Positions 22,984 to 32,504 of a stretch of DNA of 64,000 bases are shown in pieces (the first letter of the stretch is position 1; each line of letters starts with the position of its first letter). The notes beneath the pieces are model-generated. The model had not been told where the DNA came from, made no database searches, and saw nothing but the letters and a program-made list of their open reading frames with translations. Location: positions 3,136,001 through 3,200,000 of the forward strand of contig CBDCGL010000011.1 of assembly GCA_965216755.1 (NCBI GenBank), given 5' to 3'. A program made the translations under genes and the position numbers. The stretch comes from Alphaproteobacteria bacterium (lineage in GTDB: Bacteria > Pseudomonadota > Alphaproteobacteria > UBA7887).

Positions 22984-23992
22984 GAACTTGTGGGTACGCG
23001 CCGCGAAACAGCGTGATCCGTTCGTCGAGACCGGGGTGGCTCGACAACCAGCCGCTGTCGCCGCACGCATCGCCGCATTCGTCTTTCAATTGATCGAGCA
23101 GGCCGGCGAAGGCGCGCGGATCGGCGCCGTGGCGACGCATCAGTTCGAACGCCCGCTGATCCGCCTCGCGCTCAAACTGGCGCGAATAGGCACGGCTGGC
23201 GACCAGCGCGATGACTTCTTCGGCCAAGGATTCGGTCTCGCCAAACAATGTGCCCAACACCACCAACCAGCCGGCGGCCCGCATGACTTGACGCAACCCG
23301 TGCCGTGCTTCGACATGGGCAAATTCGTGGGCCAAGACGCCAAACATGGCGTCGTTGTCGGTGATCAGCATGACCAACGCGTCGGTCATCACGACAGGTC
23401 CGCCCGGCAAGGCGATGGCGTTCGGACCAAGCGCCGGCGCCTGGCGGAATTCCAACATCATCTCCCCCTTGGCGCCGGCTGACTCGGTGACATCAGCGAA
23501 CACCGCGCGTGCGCGTTGTTGGCGCCGCGCGGGAAGAGCCGTCGCGTCAAACAGGATACGATCAAGGCTGCGCAGCGTGCTGCTGCCGAGGCCTTGCTCG
23601 ATGCGCGCGGGCACAATCCGGGCGACGCCATCCGCCATCACAGGCAGCAAAAAGCGCAGTGATAGCGCCGACAGCACGAACAGCGCAATGACGACGGCAA
23701 TCCAGCCCGGCCGCAAACGCTCCCAGCGGCTGACGTCGAGCCGGCGGCCGGCGCCAGCTTCGGACAGCAAACGATTGAGGCCGTCATTATCCGCGGTGAC
23801 AAAGACCCGGCCATCGTCCAATGTCACGCGGCGCGGCACGTCTGCCAGTCGATCCGACACGGTGGCGCGCGCCAAATCAACGGTCTGCGCCGCCATATCG
23901 TCGTCCAAATAGACGGCGCCGTCGGCAAATCGCAGCCGTGCCGGGCGCGACGACGACGCGCCCGCGGCGAATAGCTCACCAACAACGATCAT
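22976..23992 (-). CDS. M48 family zinc metallopeptidase
   Basis: NAIALPGG, LAHEFAHV, YSRQFEREAD, SSHP. Confidence 0.9.
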   Translation of the reverse strand: MIVVGELFAAGASSSRPARLRFADGAVYLDDDMAAQTVDLARATVSDRLADVPRRVTLDDGRVFVTADNDGLNRLLSEAGAGRRLDVSRWERLRPGWIAVVIALFVLSALSLRFLLPVMADGVARIVPARIEQGLGSSTLRSLDRILFDATALPARRQQRARAVFADVTESAGAKGEMMLEFRQAPALGPNAIALPGGPVVMTDALVMLITDNDAMFGVLAHEFAHVEARHGLRQVMRAAGWLVVLGTLFGETESLAEEVIALVASRAYSRQFEREADQRAFELMRRHGADPRAFAGLLDQLKDECGDACGDSGWLSSHPGLDERITLFRGAYPQVPK

Positions 23993-25092
23993 AGACCGAT
24001 GTCCAAACCCTCTATATCGGCATATTCCTGACCAAACGCTGTCCCGCCCTGGCGCTGATCATCGACAAATTGATCAAGCGGCCCGCCCGGCGTGGCCGCC
24101 AGGCAATCGACTTGATAGCGCCACAGGCGGACCGCGGCCCATGGTGCCAGCAGTCCAAGCGAGACGACAATCGCGACCAAATTGGTCAAAACGATCCACG
24201 CATAGCGTGTCCCGGACAGAGTCGATTGGAATCGATGCCCGCCGGTCAGGGTCAGGCCATTGACGATAATATTGCGCGCCAAGGCCGCATAAAAGCCGCG
24301 CGCCAAGATCGCGGCTACCAAGAAACCGCCGACCGCACTGCTGCTGACAACCGCCTCAAAGGTGTCGGCGGCATCCAAGTCGTCGATCTCAAATTGACTG
24401 AAGACGGTATAGATCAACCCGCCCAGCACCAAACCGATAAGAGCGAAAACACCGATGCTCTTGAGCACGGCGACATAGAACGCGCCGACCAGCGCCTGGG
24501 CCGAGAACTGCGCCGTCCCGAAGCGATAGTGACGGGCAATGTAAAGGCGCGCCGCGGCCGACGCGGCCGGCATCAACAGCCCGAACGACACAACACCGAC
24601 CAGCGGCCAAATCAAAAAAGCTTTTACCGATTGCAGATAGGTGCCGGTCCAGGCAAACCGCACATTGCGCCACACGGTCATGTGGGCGCGAAAGCGTAGC
24701 GACTGATTGATCACCCAGGGATAAAGCGGAACCAAGCCGATCGCGACAGCAATTTGTAGATTCGTCTCGACGAATTGCAAACCGCTATAGATCGCCAATA
24801 CGGCAAAGACAATCAAACGCCCCTTCAGGAGCATCCAGCCGGTGGCCAGGTAATCGAAATGGTCGCCAGCCAATGAGGTCGTGCCGTAGAAATAACGGAT
24901 CCGGCGCACCTTTGCCCACGCCGACCAAACGCCGAGCGTGACCAGGGTGAGTAAGAGATTGATAATCCAAATGCCGAAATATTCTTTGGTGCTGCCGGTA
25001 AAAGCAAAATCGAGTCCGGCTTCGGGCGCCGCGGCGTCCGCTGATTGAGCCGGCGCAGCGGCTGCCACTGTCGGGGTTTCGGCCACGGGCAC
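23989..25092 (-). CDS. YjgN/DUF898 inner membrane protein
   Basis: FTGS.KEYFGIWIINLLLT.VTLG.WSAWAKVR..RYFY; coupled to the M48 gene. Confidence 0.88.
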   Translation of the reverse strand: MPVAETPTVAAAAPAQSADAAAPEAGLDFAFTGSTKEYFGIWIINLLLTLVTLGVWSAWAKVRRIRYFYGTTSLAGDHFDYLATGWMLLKGRLIVFAVLAIYSGLQFVETNLQIAVAIGLVPLYPWVINQSLRFRAHMTVWRNVRFAWTGTYLQSVKAFLIWPLVGVVSFGLLMPAASAAARLYIARHYRFGTAQFSAQALVGAFYVAVLKSIGVFALIGLVLGGLIYTVFSQFEIDDLDAADTFEAVVSSSAVGGFLVAAILARGFYAALARNIIVNGLTLTGGHRFQSTLSGTRYAWIVLTNLVAIVVSLGLLAPWAAVRLWRYQVDCLAATPGGPLDQFVDDQRQGGTAFGQEYADIEGLDIGL

Positions 25093-25232
25093 TCCCTTTA
25101 ATGAGTCGCGGTCAGTGGCGTTTTGAAGTTTTTCGGCGCAAACGCAGCCTGCGCCGGAAATGTGCCAGGCGTATAATATCCTATGAAAGTTCTAAGCAGG
25201 ATCGGCGGGCGCGTCAAGCGACTGTGATCAAA

Positions 25233-26234
25233 CTACATCAAAGTTTCGATGACCCGATCTGGCGGTGTGTGACCATCGACAAAGGTCTTGATGTTGATCA
25301 GCACCTTTTCGCCCATATCGATGCGGCCCTCGATGGTTGCCGAGCCCATATGTGGCAGCAATACGACATTTTCTAACGCCAGCAATCGGCGATCGATGGC
25401 TGGCTCATGTTCGAACACATCCAAGCCGGCGCCCGCGATCTTGGCATCTTTGAGCAAATTGACCATCGCCTCTTCATCGATCACTTCACCGCGCGATGTA
25501 TTGACGATGTAGGCATGCGGCTGCAACAGCGCCAAGCGCCGTGCCGACAACAAGTGATAGGTTGCCGGCGTATGCGGACAATTGACCGAGACGATATCGA
25601 CCCGCGCCAACATTTGATCAAGGCTCTGCCAATAGGTCGCTTCCAGCTCTTGCTCGACCGCCTCGGGCACACGATTGCGATTGTGATAATGAACCGAAAG
25701 TCCGAACCCGGCGGCGCGCCGCGCCACCGCCGACCCGATGCGGCCCATACCGATAATACCCAGCCGCTTGCCCCAGATCCGCCGACCGAGCATCGATGTC
25801 GGCCCCCAACCCGCCCAATTGCCTGTACGCACCAGGCGCTCGCCCTCGGCCAGCCGCCGCGGCACCGCCAAAATCAAGGCCATGGTCATATCAGCCGTGT
25901 CTTCGGTCAGGACGCCCGGCGTATTGGTAACCGTGATGCCACGTGTGCGTGCGGCGGCGATATCGATATGGTCGACGCCGGCGCCGAAACTGGCGATTAA
26001 TTTCAGCCGCGCGCCGGCCTGCTCGAGCATGGCTTCGTCGATGCGATCGGTTACTGTCGGCACCAACACATCGCATTCCTGCATCACCCCGACCAATTCC
26101 TCGCGCGACAAAGGCTGATCCACATCGTTGAGCCGCGTGTCGAACAGCTCCATCATCCGGGTCTCGATGACCTCGGGCAGTTTGCGCGTCACCACAACCT
26201 GTGGCTTCGTGCGCGCGGATTTCGGACGCGCCAT
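25233..26234 (-). CDS. D-isomer 2-hydroxyacid dehydrogenase (glyoxylate reductase/D-glycerate DH)
   Basis: NTPGVLTEDTAD, GMGRIG, NTSRG, LDVFEHEP, PHMGSAT. Confidence 0.93.
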   Translation of the reverse strand: MARPKSARTKPQVVVTRKLPEVIETRMMELFDTRLNDVDQPLSREELVGVMQECDVLVPTVTDRIDEAMLEQAGARLKLIASFGAGVDHIDIAAARTRGITVTNTPGVLTEDTADMTMALILAVPRRLAEGERLVRTGNWAGWGPTSMLGRRIWGKRLGIIGMGRIGSAVARRAAGFGLSVHYHNRNRVPEAVEQELEATYWQSLDQMLARVDIVSVNCPHTPATYHLLSARRLALLQPHAYIVNTSRGEVIDEEAMVNLLKDAKIAGAGLDVFEHEPAIDRRLLALENVVLLPHMGSATIEGRIDMGEKVLINIKTFVDGHTPPDRVIETLM

Positions 26235-26388
26235 GTGTCGGAGTTCCCAAATAAGGGGCGAGCCACCTTCTTTAACAAAACTGCGGCGTCCAGACAAACC
26301 CGCTCACCATCCGCTCGCACCTGGCGGGCGGCATCGATATACTGACTCCGCTGTAATCGGGCTCGGGCCCCGTACCGCTTTCTTGTGG

Positions 26389-26889
26389 ATGCGTCGACAG
26401 ACATTGATGGTTCGACAGATAGTCGTTGCGGCCGTGATGGTCGGCTTCGTGGCGGCCTCTATGGCTTTGGCCGAAACCGGCCTGCCGGTGCCGCGATTCG
26501 TAAGTTTGGGCGAATCCGAAGTGAATGTACGGGCGGGCCCGGGTTTTCGCTACCCAGTGTCGTGGGTGTTCGTGCGCGACGGCATGCCGGTCGAAGTGAT
26601 CGAGGAATTTGAACATTGGCGGCGTGTACGCGACATGGACGGCAGCGAAGGCTGGGTCCACCATTCGATGCTGTCAGGCCGCCGGCACGTCATTATCACC
26701 GGCACGACGCAAACCTTGCGCGATGCCCCAGCCGACCAGGCCATGCCCGTGGCGCGCGCCGAAGTCGGGGTACAAGGCAGCCTATTGCGCTGCGAAGGTG
26801 TGTGGTGCGAAGTGCGTGTCGCCGGCCATGAAGGCTGGGTGCCGCAAGCCAATCTGTGGGGCGTCTACCACGACGAGGTCGTCGAATAA
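26389..26889 (+). CDS. Bacterial SH3 domain protein (tandem SH3_4)
   Basis: Signal peptide; TGLPVPRFVSL, NVRAGPG, WRRVRD.DG..GWVH.SMLSG; start 26389 or 26407. Confidence 0.88.
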   Translation: MRRQTLMVRQIVVAAVMVGFVAASMALAETGLPVPRFVSLGESEVNVRAGPGFRYPVSWVFVRDGMPVEVIEEFEHWRRVRDMDGSEGWVHHSMLSGRRHVIITGTTQTLRDAPADQAMPVARAEVGVQGSLLRCEGVWCEVRVAGHEGWVPQANLWGVYHDEVVE

Positions 26890-26901
26890 GTGGCGTTCCG
26901 T

Positions 26902-27492
26902 TCAATCGTCAAAATCAGCAGCCAACGCCTGTTGTATGGCTTCCGGCAAGATCGCCATATGGCCGTATTTCTCATGACCAATCGCAAGCATGACCTGAAC
27001 CGACCGATCGCGCATTTTCTTGACTTGCGCCGCGGTAAACGGGAATCGTAGAAAATGCACCGCCGACGCCTTGCCGTCGGCGGTGGTGCGGTCCACGTCG
27101 GTTTCATAAAGGGCTTTTACCGCCTCGTCGCCGACGCGCATCGAAACGGTTTCTTCAACGCCGCCTAATTGTGCGAGCATCGCCCGGCGTCGGGTTTCGT
27201 CGGCAATTTCGAACATCAATGTGGCCACCAGCTCACGCCCGTTGGGAATCAACGGGTTGTACGCTTCAAGCTCGCCGGCAATTTGCTCTTCACCGCCTTG
27301 TTCAATGAACAACATTTCGTGCACCTGCATCCACATGGTGTCGAAATTCTCGAAATAGAATGTTGCGTAAGGCCCCACTTCAATTCGTCGATCGCGCTTG
27401 ATTTCCGTCAGCGCCTTGCGGCGTGCGTGGCGGACCTTGGCATACTCGGCCATGGGCAAAATATCGGCGGCAGTGAGTGCGTGTTTGGTCAT
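26902..27492 (-). CDS. DUF3501 family protein
   Basis: RRIEVGP, FEN..T...QVHEML.IE, ELEAYNPLIP, KASAVHFLRF; operon context. Confidence 0.85.
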   Translation of the reverse strand: MTKHALTAADILPMAEYAKVRHARRKALTEIKRDRRIEVGPYATFYFENFDTMWMQVHEMLFIEQGGEEQIAGELEAYNPLIPNGRELVATLMFEIADETRRRAMLAQLGGVEETVSMRVGDEAVKALYETDVDRTTADGKASAVHFLRFPFTAAQVKKMRDRSVQVMLAIGHEKYGHMAILPEAIQQALAADFDD

Positions 27493-27527
27493 CGAACGGC
27501 CTCTCCTGGCTTGTCTGGCCGCGGCAA

Positions 27528-28913
27528 TCAGATCAGGCCGTAGGCCTGGGCAAAAAGCTCGATCGGATGGTGGCTGGCGCGCGGCAACGCCGGCGCCGCG
27601 GCGTCTTGACCGCTGGCGAGCCTTTCCATGCCTTGGATCAAGTGAACACCGGCCAACGGGCATTCGGACGCGACAAAGGTCGGCCCGGCTTTGGACGCCT
27701 GACGCGCCGCCGGTCGACCAACTTTCAAGGCGACCTCAAAAAACGCGCGTTTGATGCCCCACGACCCACCATGGCCCGAACACCGCTCGATCACGGTCAG
27801 ATCGACATCTGGAATCAATTTCAACATTTCCACGGCTTTCGGACCCATATTCTGCGCCCGCGCGTGGCACGCGAGATGGGCGGCGATGACACCGTCCAGT
27901 GGCTTCAGCCCGTCGGCGAGACCTTCGTTCTGGGCGATGTCGACGACATATTCCGTGATGTCGGCGGTGTGTTCGCTGAGCCGACGTACCGCCGGGTCGT
28001 CGGGCAAAATCATTGGCCATTCGAATTTCAGCATCAAGGCACAGCTGGGCACCGGCGCAACGATGCGGTAGCCCTGGTCGATGTATGGCGCCATTGTCGC
28101 GGCGACGCGGCGCGCCCGATCGGCAACATCGTCAAAGGCCGCATGCTCAAGCTGCGGCATCCCACAACAACCAGGATAAACGACCTCTGTCGCGACGCCA
28201 TTGTGGGCCAGAACCGCGTGCGCCGCGCGGCCAATGTCGGGGTTGTTGTAATTGACGAAACACGTCGCATAGAGCACCGCCTTGCGGCCATGGGCCGGCG
28301 CCTGCGCATTGATCGCAGGCGGCTGGTTTTTGGCGGTCATGACAAACGTCCGCCGATGAAACTCCGGCAAGGCCGCGTCGCGATGAATTCCGGCGATCGT
28401 TTCCATTACCGGGCGCGTCAGGCGATTGCCGGTATCACTTGCCCAATTGACCAACGACGCCACGGGGGCGGCCAGGCGACCGTTGCGATCCGTGGCGGTC
28501 AATTGCCGATCGGCGAAGCCGACTTTGCCCTCGGCGCGTTGTTTTGCACGGTAGCGCAGCACAAGGTGTGGAAAATCGATATTGAATTCATGCGGTGGCA
28601 CGTAAGGACAGCTGACCATGAAACACATGTCGCACAGGGTGCAGGCATCCATCACTGGCGCAAAGCCGGCGCTGTCGACCGTGTCGAGCTCGCCACTTTC
28701 CGACTCGTCGATCAGGTCGAAGCCACTTTCCGACTCGTCGATCAGGTCGAACAAGCGTGGAAAACTGTCGCATAGATTGAAACAGCGCCGACAGCCATGG
28801 CAGATATCGAACACCCGCCGGACTTCGGCGTCCAGCTTTTCGGCATCCAAATAGTCCGGCCGATCAAATCCGTGCGGATGGCGCGTTGGTGCCTTTAGGC
28901 CGCCTTCGGCCAT
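27528..28913 (-). CDS. Rubrerythrin-associated Fe-S oxidoreductase (GlpC/HdrD-like CCG domains)
   Basis: CHGCRRCFNLC, CTLCDMC...CPY, YATCFVN, CCGMP, CH, CSG, SECP. Confidence 0.88.
   Translation of the reverse strand: MAEGGLKAPTRHPHGFDRPDYLDAEKLDAEVRRVFDICHGCRRCFNLCDSFPRLFDLIDESESGFDLIDESESGELDTVDSAGFAPVMDACTLCDMCFMVSCPYVPPHEFNIDFPHLVLRYRAKQRAEGKVGFADRQLTATDRNGRLAAPVASLVNWASDTGNRLTRPVMETIAGIHRDAALPEFHRRTFVMTAKNQPPAINAQAPAHGRKAVLYATCFVNYNNPDIGRAAHAVLAHNGVATEVVYPGCCGMPQLEHAAFDDVADRARRVAATMAPYIDQGYRIVAPVPSCALMLKFEWPMILPDDPAVRRLSEHTADITEYVVDIAQNEGLADGLKPLDGVIAAHLACHARAQNMGPKAVEMLKLIPDVDLTVIERCSGHGGSWGIKRAFFEVALKVGRPAARQASKAGPTFVASECPLAGVHLIQGMERLASGQDAAAPALPRASHHPIELFAQAYGLI
28692..28751. repeat. 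Perfect 2 x 30-bp in-frame tandem duplication
   Basis: GCCACTTTCCGACTCGTCGATCAGGTCGAA twice; protein FDLIDESESG twice. Confidence 0.95.
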
Positions 28914-28993
28914 GAATTATCACTCCCATCGTGTCGTGCAGGTGCGCCGGGCGGCTTGCGCGGTGGGTGCCTTGGCTCCATGACCGCCCTGCG

Positions 28994-29031
28994 CCAGCCC
29001 CCGTGATACCGCCTGATAGCGCGGGGGCTGG
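28994..29031 (-). other. Intercistronic GC-rich stem-loop after rubrerythrin
   Basis: CCAGCCCCCG / CGGGGGCTGG inverted repeat with no U-tract; possible mRNA stabiliser. Confidence 0.45.
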
Positions 29032-29052
29032 GTCTCATCCAAGGCGTCGCGC

Positions 29053-29469
29053 TCAGTCCAGCGTGTCGAGTGACTTCTGGAAGCGTCCGGCGTGGGACTT
29101 CTCCGCCTTGGCCAAGGTCTCGAACCAATCGGCGATCTCGTCGAAGCCTTCGTCGCGCGCGGTCCGCGCCATGCCCGGATACATGTCAGTGTATTCGTGG
29201 GTTTCGCCGGCAATCGCCGCCTTCAGATTTGAAGCCGTGTCCCCGATCGGCACACCTGTGGCCGGATCGCCGGTTTCACTGAGATATTCCAGATGCCCGA
29301 ATGCGTGGCCGGTCTCGCCCTCGGCGGTGGACCGGAATACCGCCGCGACATCGTTAAAACCTTCGACGTCGGCCTTTTGTGCGAAAAACAAGTAGCGTCG
29401 ATTGGCCTGGGATTCCCCGGCAAACGCGTCTTTGAGATTTTGTTCCGTCTTGGACCCTGCAAGCGCCAT
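29053..29469 (-). CDS. rbr: Rubrerythrin (short type, no rubredoxin domain)
   Basis: [40 protein letters not shown] di-iron motifs. Confidence 0.93.
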   Translation of the reverse strand: MALAGSKTEQNLKDAFAGESQANRRYLFFAQKADVEGFNDVAAVFRSTAEGETGHAFGHLEYLSETGDPATGVPIGDTASNLKAAIAGETHEYTDMYPGMARTARDEGFDEIADWFETLAKAEKSHAGRFQKSLDTLD

Positions 29470-29571
29470 GACCTAGACCCTCTCCATTTATCCGTCAAAT
29501 CGTCAGTGTCGTGATGTATTGGCGGCATCCGACCCCGGGCCGCCCGGCAACGGTCTGTCGCCGCCATGCGA

Positions 29572-29600
29572 TATATGCACGGCATGGCAATTGCCGTCAA
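29572..29600 (-). promoter_or_regulatory. Sigma70-like promoter of the rubrerythrin operon
   Basis: TTGACG-N17-CATATA, directly next to the ICE box. Confidence 0.5.
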
Positions 29601-29601
29601 T

Positions 29602-29622
29602 AGTTTAGAACTATTCTAAACT
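29602..29622. promoter_or_regulatory. Iron control element (ICE, Irr box)
   Basis: AGTTTAGAA-CTA-TTCTAAACT matches the TTTAGAA-N3-TTCTAAA consensus exactly. Confidence 0.88.
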
Positions 29623-29630
29623 GATTTTTT

Positions 29631-30062
29631 TCAGAGATCTTTGGATCGCAGGCGAACGATGACGTCGACTTGTGCAATTTCGGCGTCCGCGGGCGGCTGG
29701 GGCAAGCTGAGAATTTCCATGGAATCGTCCGGGATATCCATCAGTTGCGCCGAGGTCTCGTCATAGAAATGGTGATGGTGGCGCACATTCGTGTCGAAAT
29801 AGCAGCGCCCGGCTTCGACCACCAATTCGCGCAGCAATCCAGCCTCGGTGAACTGATGCAGCGTGTTGTAGACCGTTGCCAGCGATACGTGAACGCTGTC
29901 GGCCATCGCCTCGCCATGGAGCTGTTCCGCGGTCACGTGGCGGTTGCCCTGGCCGAACAACAGCCGCGCCAGCGCCCGGCGCTGTCGGGTTGGGCGCAAA
30001 CCCGCCGATTTCAGCATCTCGACGATGGAGAAGTCGCGATCCGGCACTGGACGCATCACCAT
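29631..30062 (-). CDS. irr: Iron response regulator Irr (Fur family)
   Basis: GLRPTRQR..LA.LLF, RHVTAEQL, SLATVYNTLHQF, YFDTN..HHHFY, VDVIVRL. Confidence 0.9.
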   Translation of the reverse strand: MVMRPVPDRDFSIVEMLKSAGLRPTRQRRALARLLFGQGNRHVTAEQLHGEAMADSVHVSLATVYNTLHQFTEAGLLRELVVEAGRCYFDTNVRHHHHFYDETSAQLMDIPDDSMEILSLPQPPADAEIAQVDVIVRLRSKDL

Positions 30063-30078
30063 TGGTTTTTGATTGATT

Positions 30079-30095
30079 TATATAACCATTCTAAT
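30079..30095. promoter_or_regulatory. Degenerate ICE-like box upstream of irr
   Basis: TATATAA-CCA-TTCTAAT, 3 mismatches to ICE, within an AT-rich patch. Confidence 0.45.
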
Positions 30096-30164
30096 TTGGC
30101 GCGTAAGCCCATATTTGGCAAGAGAAATTCCGCTCGCGGCAATTTGATGCCAAAGCAGAACGAC

Positions 30165-31562
30165 TTAGTCGCCGCTGACTATTCGAGCCGTAAGCTCGCC
30201 GACCGTTGGGATGAAACCATTGGAATAAAACGGATCATTGCCAAATCGGAATGCGCCATGGCCAGCAAACATGAGCTGATTCTCGATGTCGTCGCCCATG
30301 CGGATCGCCTGTAAGGTCTTTTGAATGCAATAGCTGCGCGGATCCGCCTTGCGCCCAGTTGAATGGCCGTTGCTTTGCGCCCAATTGCTGAAATTGCAGG
30401 CGCTTAGACAACCCATGCAGGCGATTTGGTCTTGGCGAATCTCCTCGGCCTTATGTGGGGTGACGAAAATGAGTGTCGAATCCGGCGTACGCATAATGCT
30501 TGTGTAGCCCGCAGCTTGCCACGCTTTGGCCCGCGTCACATCGCCGCTGGTCAAATAGACTTGGCGCTTGCGCGCCCCAGTCTCAAACGGCGTGTCATGT
30601 TCACCCACTTGTTCCGTCGTAAATGCGATCTGACGATCAGACCGCGCGGCCAGCTCTTGCATGAAGTCGTTGTTGACCGCGGAAGACCAAAATCCGGTTG
30701 GGCTGAAGCGATTGAGGAAGATGTCACCTTCCTCAAGCCCAAGAAGGCGCTGCTTCCATTCATCGGAAATCGGGCTTTCGACGGTCAGCAACGGCCGACT
30801 GCCAAATTGAAACGCGATCGGTCCAAGGTCGGGATTGTCGATCCAATCGATCCATTCGCGTAAATACCAGACACCGCCCGCCATGAAGATCGGCGTGTCG
30901 TTGAGGCCGAACGTGCGCATCTGCTCGCGCAGCGCCAAAACCCGCGGGAAAGGGTCTTCGGGAACGTCCGGATCTTCACTGTTGGACAAGCCGTTATGGC
31001 CGCCGGCGCGCCACGGGTCTTCATAGACAACTCCACCCAGCCAATCGGCGAATTTGTGATAAGCACGCTTCCACAAAGCCCGAAACGCGCGGGCGGACGA
31101 CACAATGGGGTAATAATAGATGCCGTGGCGGGCAGAGATTTCAGCGATGCGATAAGGCATCCCCGCGCCACATGTGACGCCATGGATTATGCCCTTGGCA
31201 CCGTTCAAGATTCCTTCCAGCACCCGTTCGGCGCCACCCATTTCCCACAAGATATTGACGTGAATGCGGCCCTCGCCACAGGCCATTTCGTGCGCGATTC
31301 GCGCCTGGGTGATGCCGCCACTAATGGCATAGGCGACCAATTCATCATGGCGCTCGCGTCGGCTGCGACCGTGATACAAGATCGGCACGGGCTCGCCATT
31401 TTGCGTGTGTGGTTGCGCGTTGACGCCGGAAAACGTGCCGACTCCACCGGATCGCGCCCAAGCACCCGAACTCTCGCCGTTCGAGATGGCGATGCCCTTG
31501 CCGCCTTCGACAATAGGCAGCACTTCGCGCCCCGAAAGCATCACGGGATTAAGCGACTTCAC
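30165..31562 (-). CDS. Nitronate monooxygenase/FabK/FabX-like FMN enzyme with C-terminal Cys cluster
   Basis: PIVEGGKG, GAGMP, PIVSSARA, AGGHNG, AGGVW, CMGCLSAC...YCI; AAGGA RBS before GTG 31562. Confidence 0.85.
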   Translation of the reverse strand: MKSLNPVMLSGREVLPIVEGGKGIAISNGESSGAWARSGGVGTFSGVNAQPHTQNGEPVPILYHGRSRRERHDELVAYAISGGITQARIAHEMACGEGRIHVNILWEMGGAERVLEGILNGAKGIIHGVTCGAGMPYRIAEISARHGIYYYPIVSSARAFRALWKRAYHKFADWLGGVVYEDPWRAGGHNGLSNSEDPDVPEDPFPRVLALREQMRTFGLNDTPIFMAGGVWYLREWIDWIDNPDLGPIAFQFGSRPLLTVESPISDEWKQRLLGLEEGDIFLNRFSPTGFWSSAVNNDFMQELAARSDRQIAFTTEQVGEHDTPFETGARKRQVYLTSGDVTRAKAWQAAGYTSIMRTPDSTLIFVTPHKAEEIRQDQIACMGCLSACNFSNWAQSNGHSTGRKADPRSYCIQKTLQAIRMGDDIENQLMFAGHGAFRFGNDPFYSNGFIPTVGELTARIVSGD

Positions 31563-31749
31563 TGTGCGTCTTTCCTTGTTGGGACGGGCTCGTCCGTCCT
31601 TCGCCAACCGGTATATGGCGCCAATCCGAGATTTGGCCAGCCCGAGGCACGCAATTTCCAAATTGCCCCGAACGTAGAACGCGCTTGTTCACGGCCAAGG
31701 TTGGCATAGTATGAAGCGCTATGATCCGCTTCAACCGAACGCGATAGCC

Positions 31750-32442
31750 ATGGCCGTTGCCATCGAGACCGTGTTGGACAACCTCTGCGACGATCCCTCG
31801 AATTGTCGCGAACGCTTGCTGCATACCGCGGGCGTTTTGTTTGCCGAGCGCGGCAAGGATGCGGTCTCGACACGGGAATTGACAAAAGCTGCCGGGGTCA
31901 ATTTGTCGGCGATTGCTTATTATTTCGGTGGCAAGGACGGTCTTTATCGCGAACTGATCAATCACACGATCGAAGGCGCGCAAAAGCTGCTTGGTGGCGC
32001 CGAGAATGTGCTGCGCGATGACGTCGCGCGCGCCAATGGTGACCGCGTGGCCTTGGCCCGCGCGGCGGTCCGCTTCGTTCACTCGCTGTTGACGGGACTG
32101 TTGACATTGGGCCCTGAACATTGGCCGAAGCGGCTGATCATGCGTGAGATCGACCATCCGACCGGCGCTTTCGCGCGGCTTTATGAGGCTATTTTTGCAC
32201 CGCTCAACGACAGCTTTCGCGACTTGGTCGCCGCCGCCACCGGGCGCGACCACCACGCCGAGGAAACGATCATTCTGTCGAGCGCTTTGTTGGGTGAATG
32301 CCTTATCTTTCATCGCAATCGGGCGATCATTTTGCGCGCGTTGGATTGGTCGGACTATTCCGACGAGGCGATCGAACGCATTGTCGTCGTGGTTACACGT
32401 GGGCTGCTGGCCGCATTGGACCTGCCAAATCCCGAAGAATAG
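31750..32442 (+). CDS. TetR family regulator with CerR/DUF1956-like C-terminus
   Basis: RERLL..A..LFAERG, STREL...AGVNLSAIAYYFGGKDGLY; alternative start at 31711. Confidence 0.85.
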   Translation: MAVAIETVLDNLCDDPSNCRERLLHTAGVLFAERGKDAVSTRELTKAAGVNLSAIAYYFGGKDGLYRELINHTIEGAQKLLGGAENVLRDDVARANGDRVALARAAVRFVHSLLTGLLTLGPEHWPKRLIMREIDHPTGAFARLYEAIFAPLNDSFRDLVAAATGRDHHAEETIILSSALLGECLIFHRNRAIILRALDWSDYSDEAIERIVVVVTRGLLAALDLPNPEE

Positions 32443-32504
32443 TCGCGGCGCGCGTAACCGCGCACCGCGTCAACAGATTTTCGTCAATCGATCACGCGGC
32501 GGTT

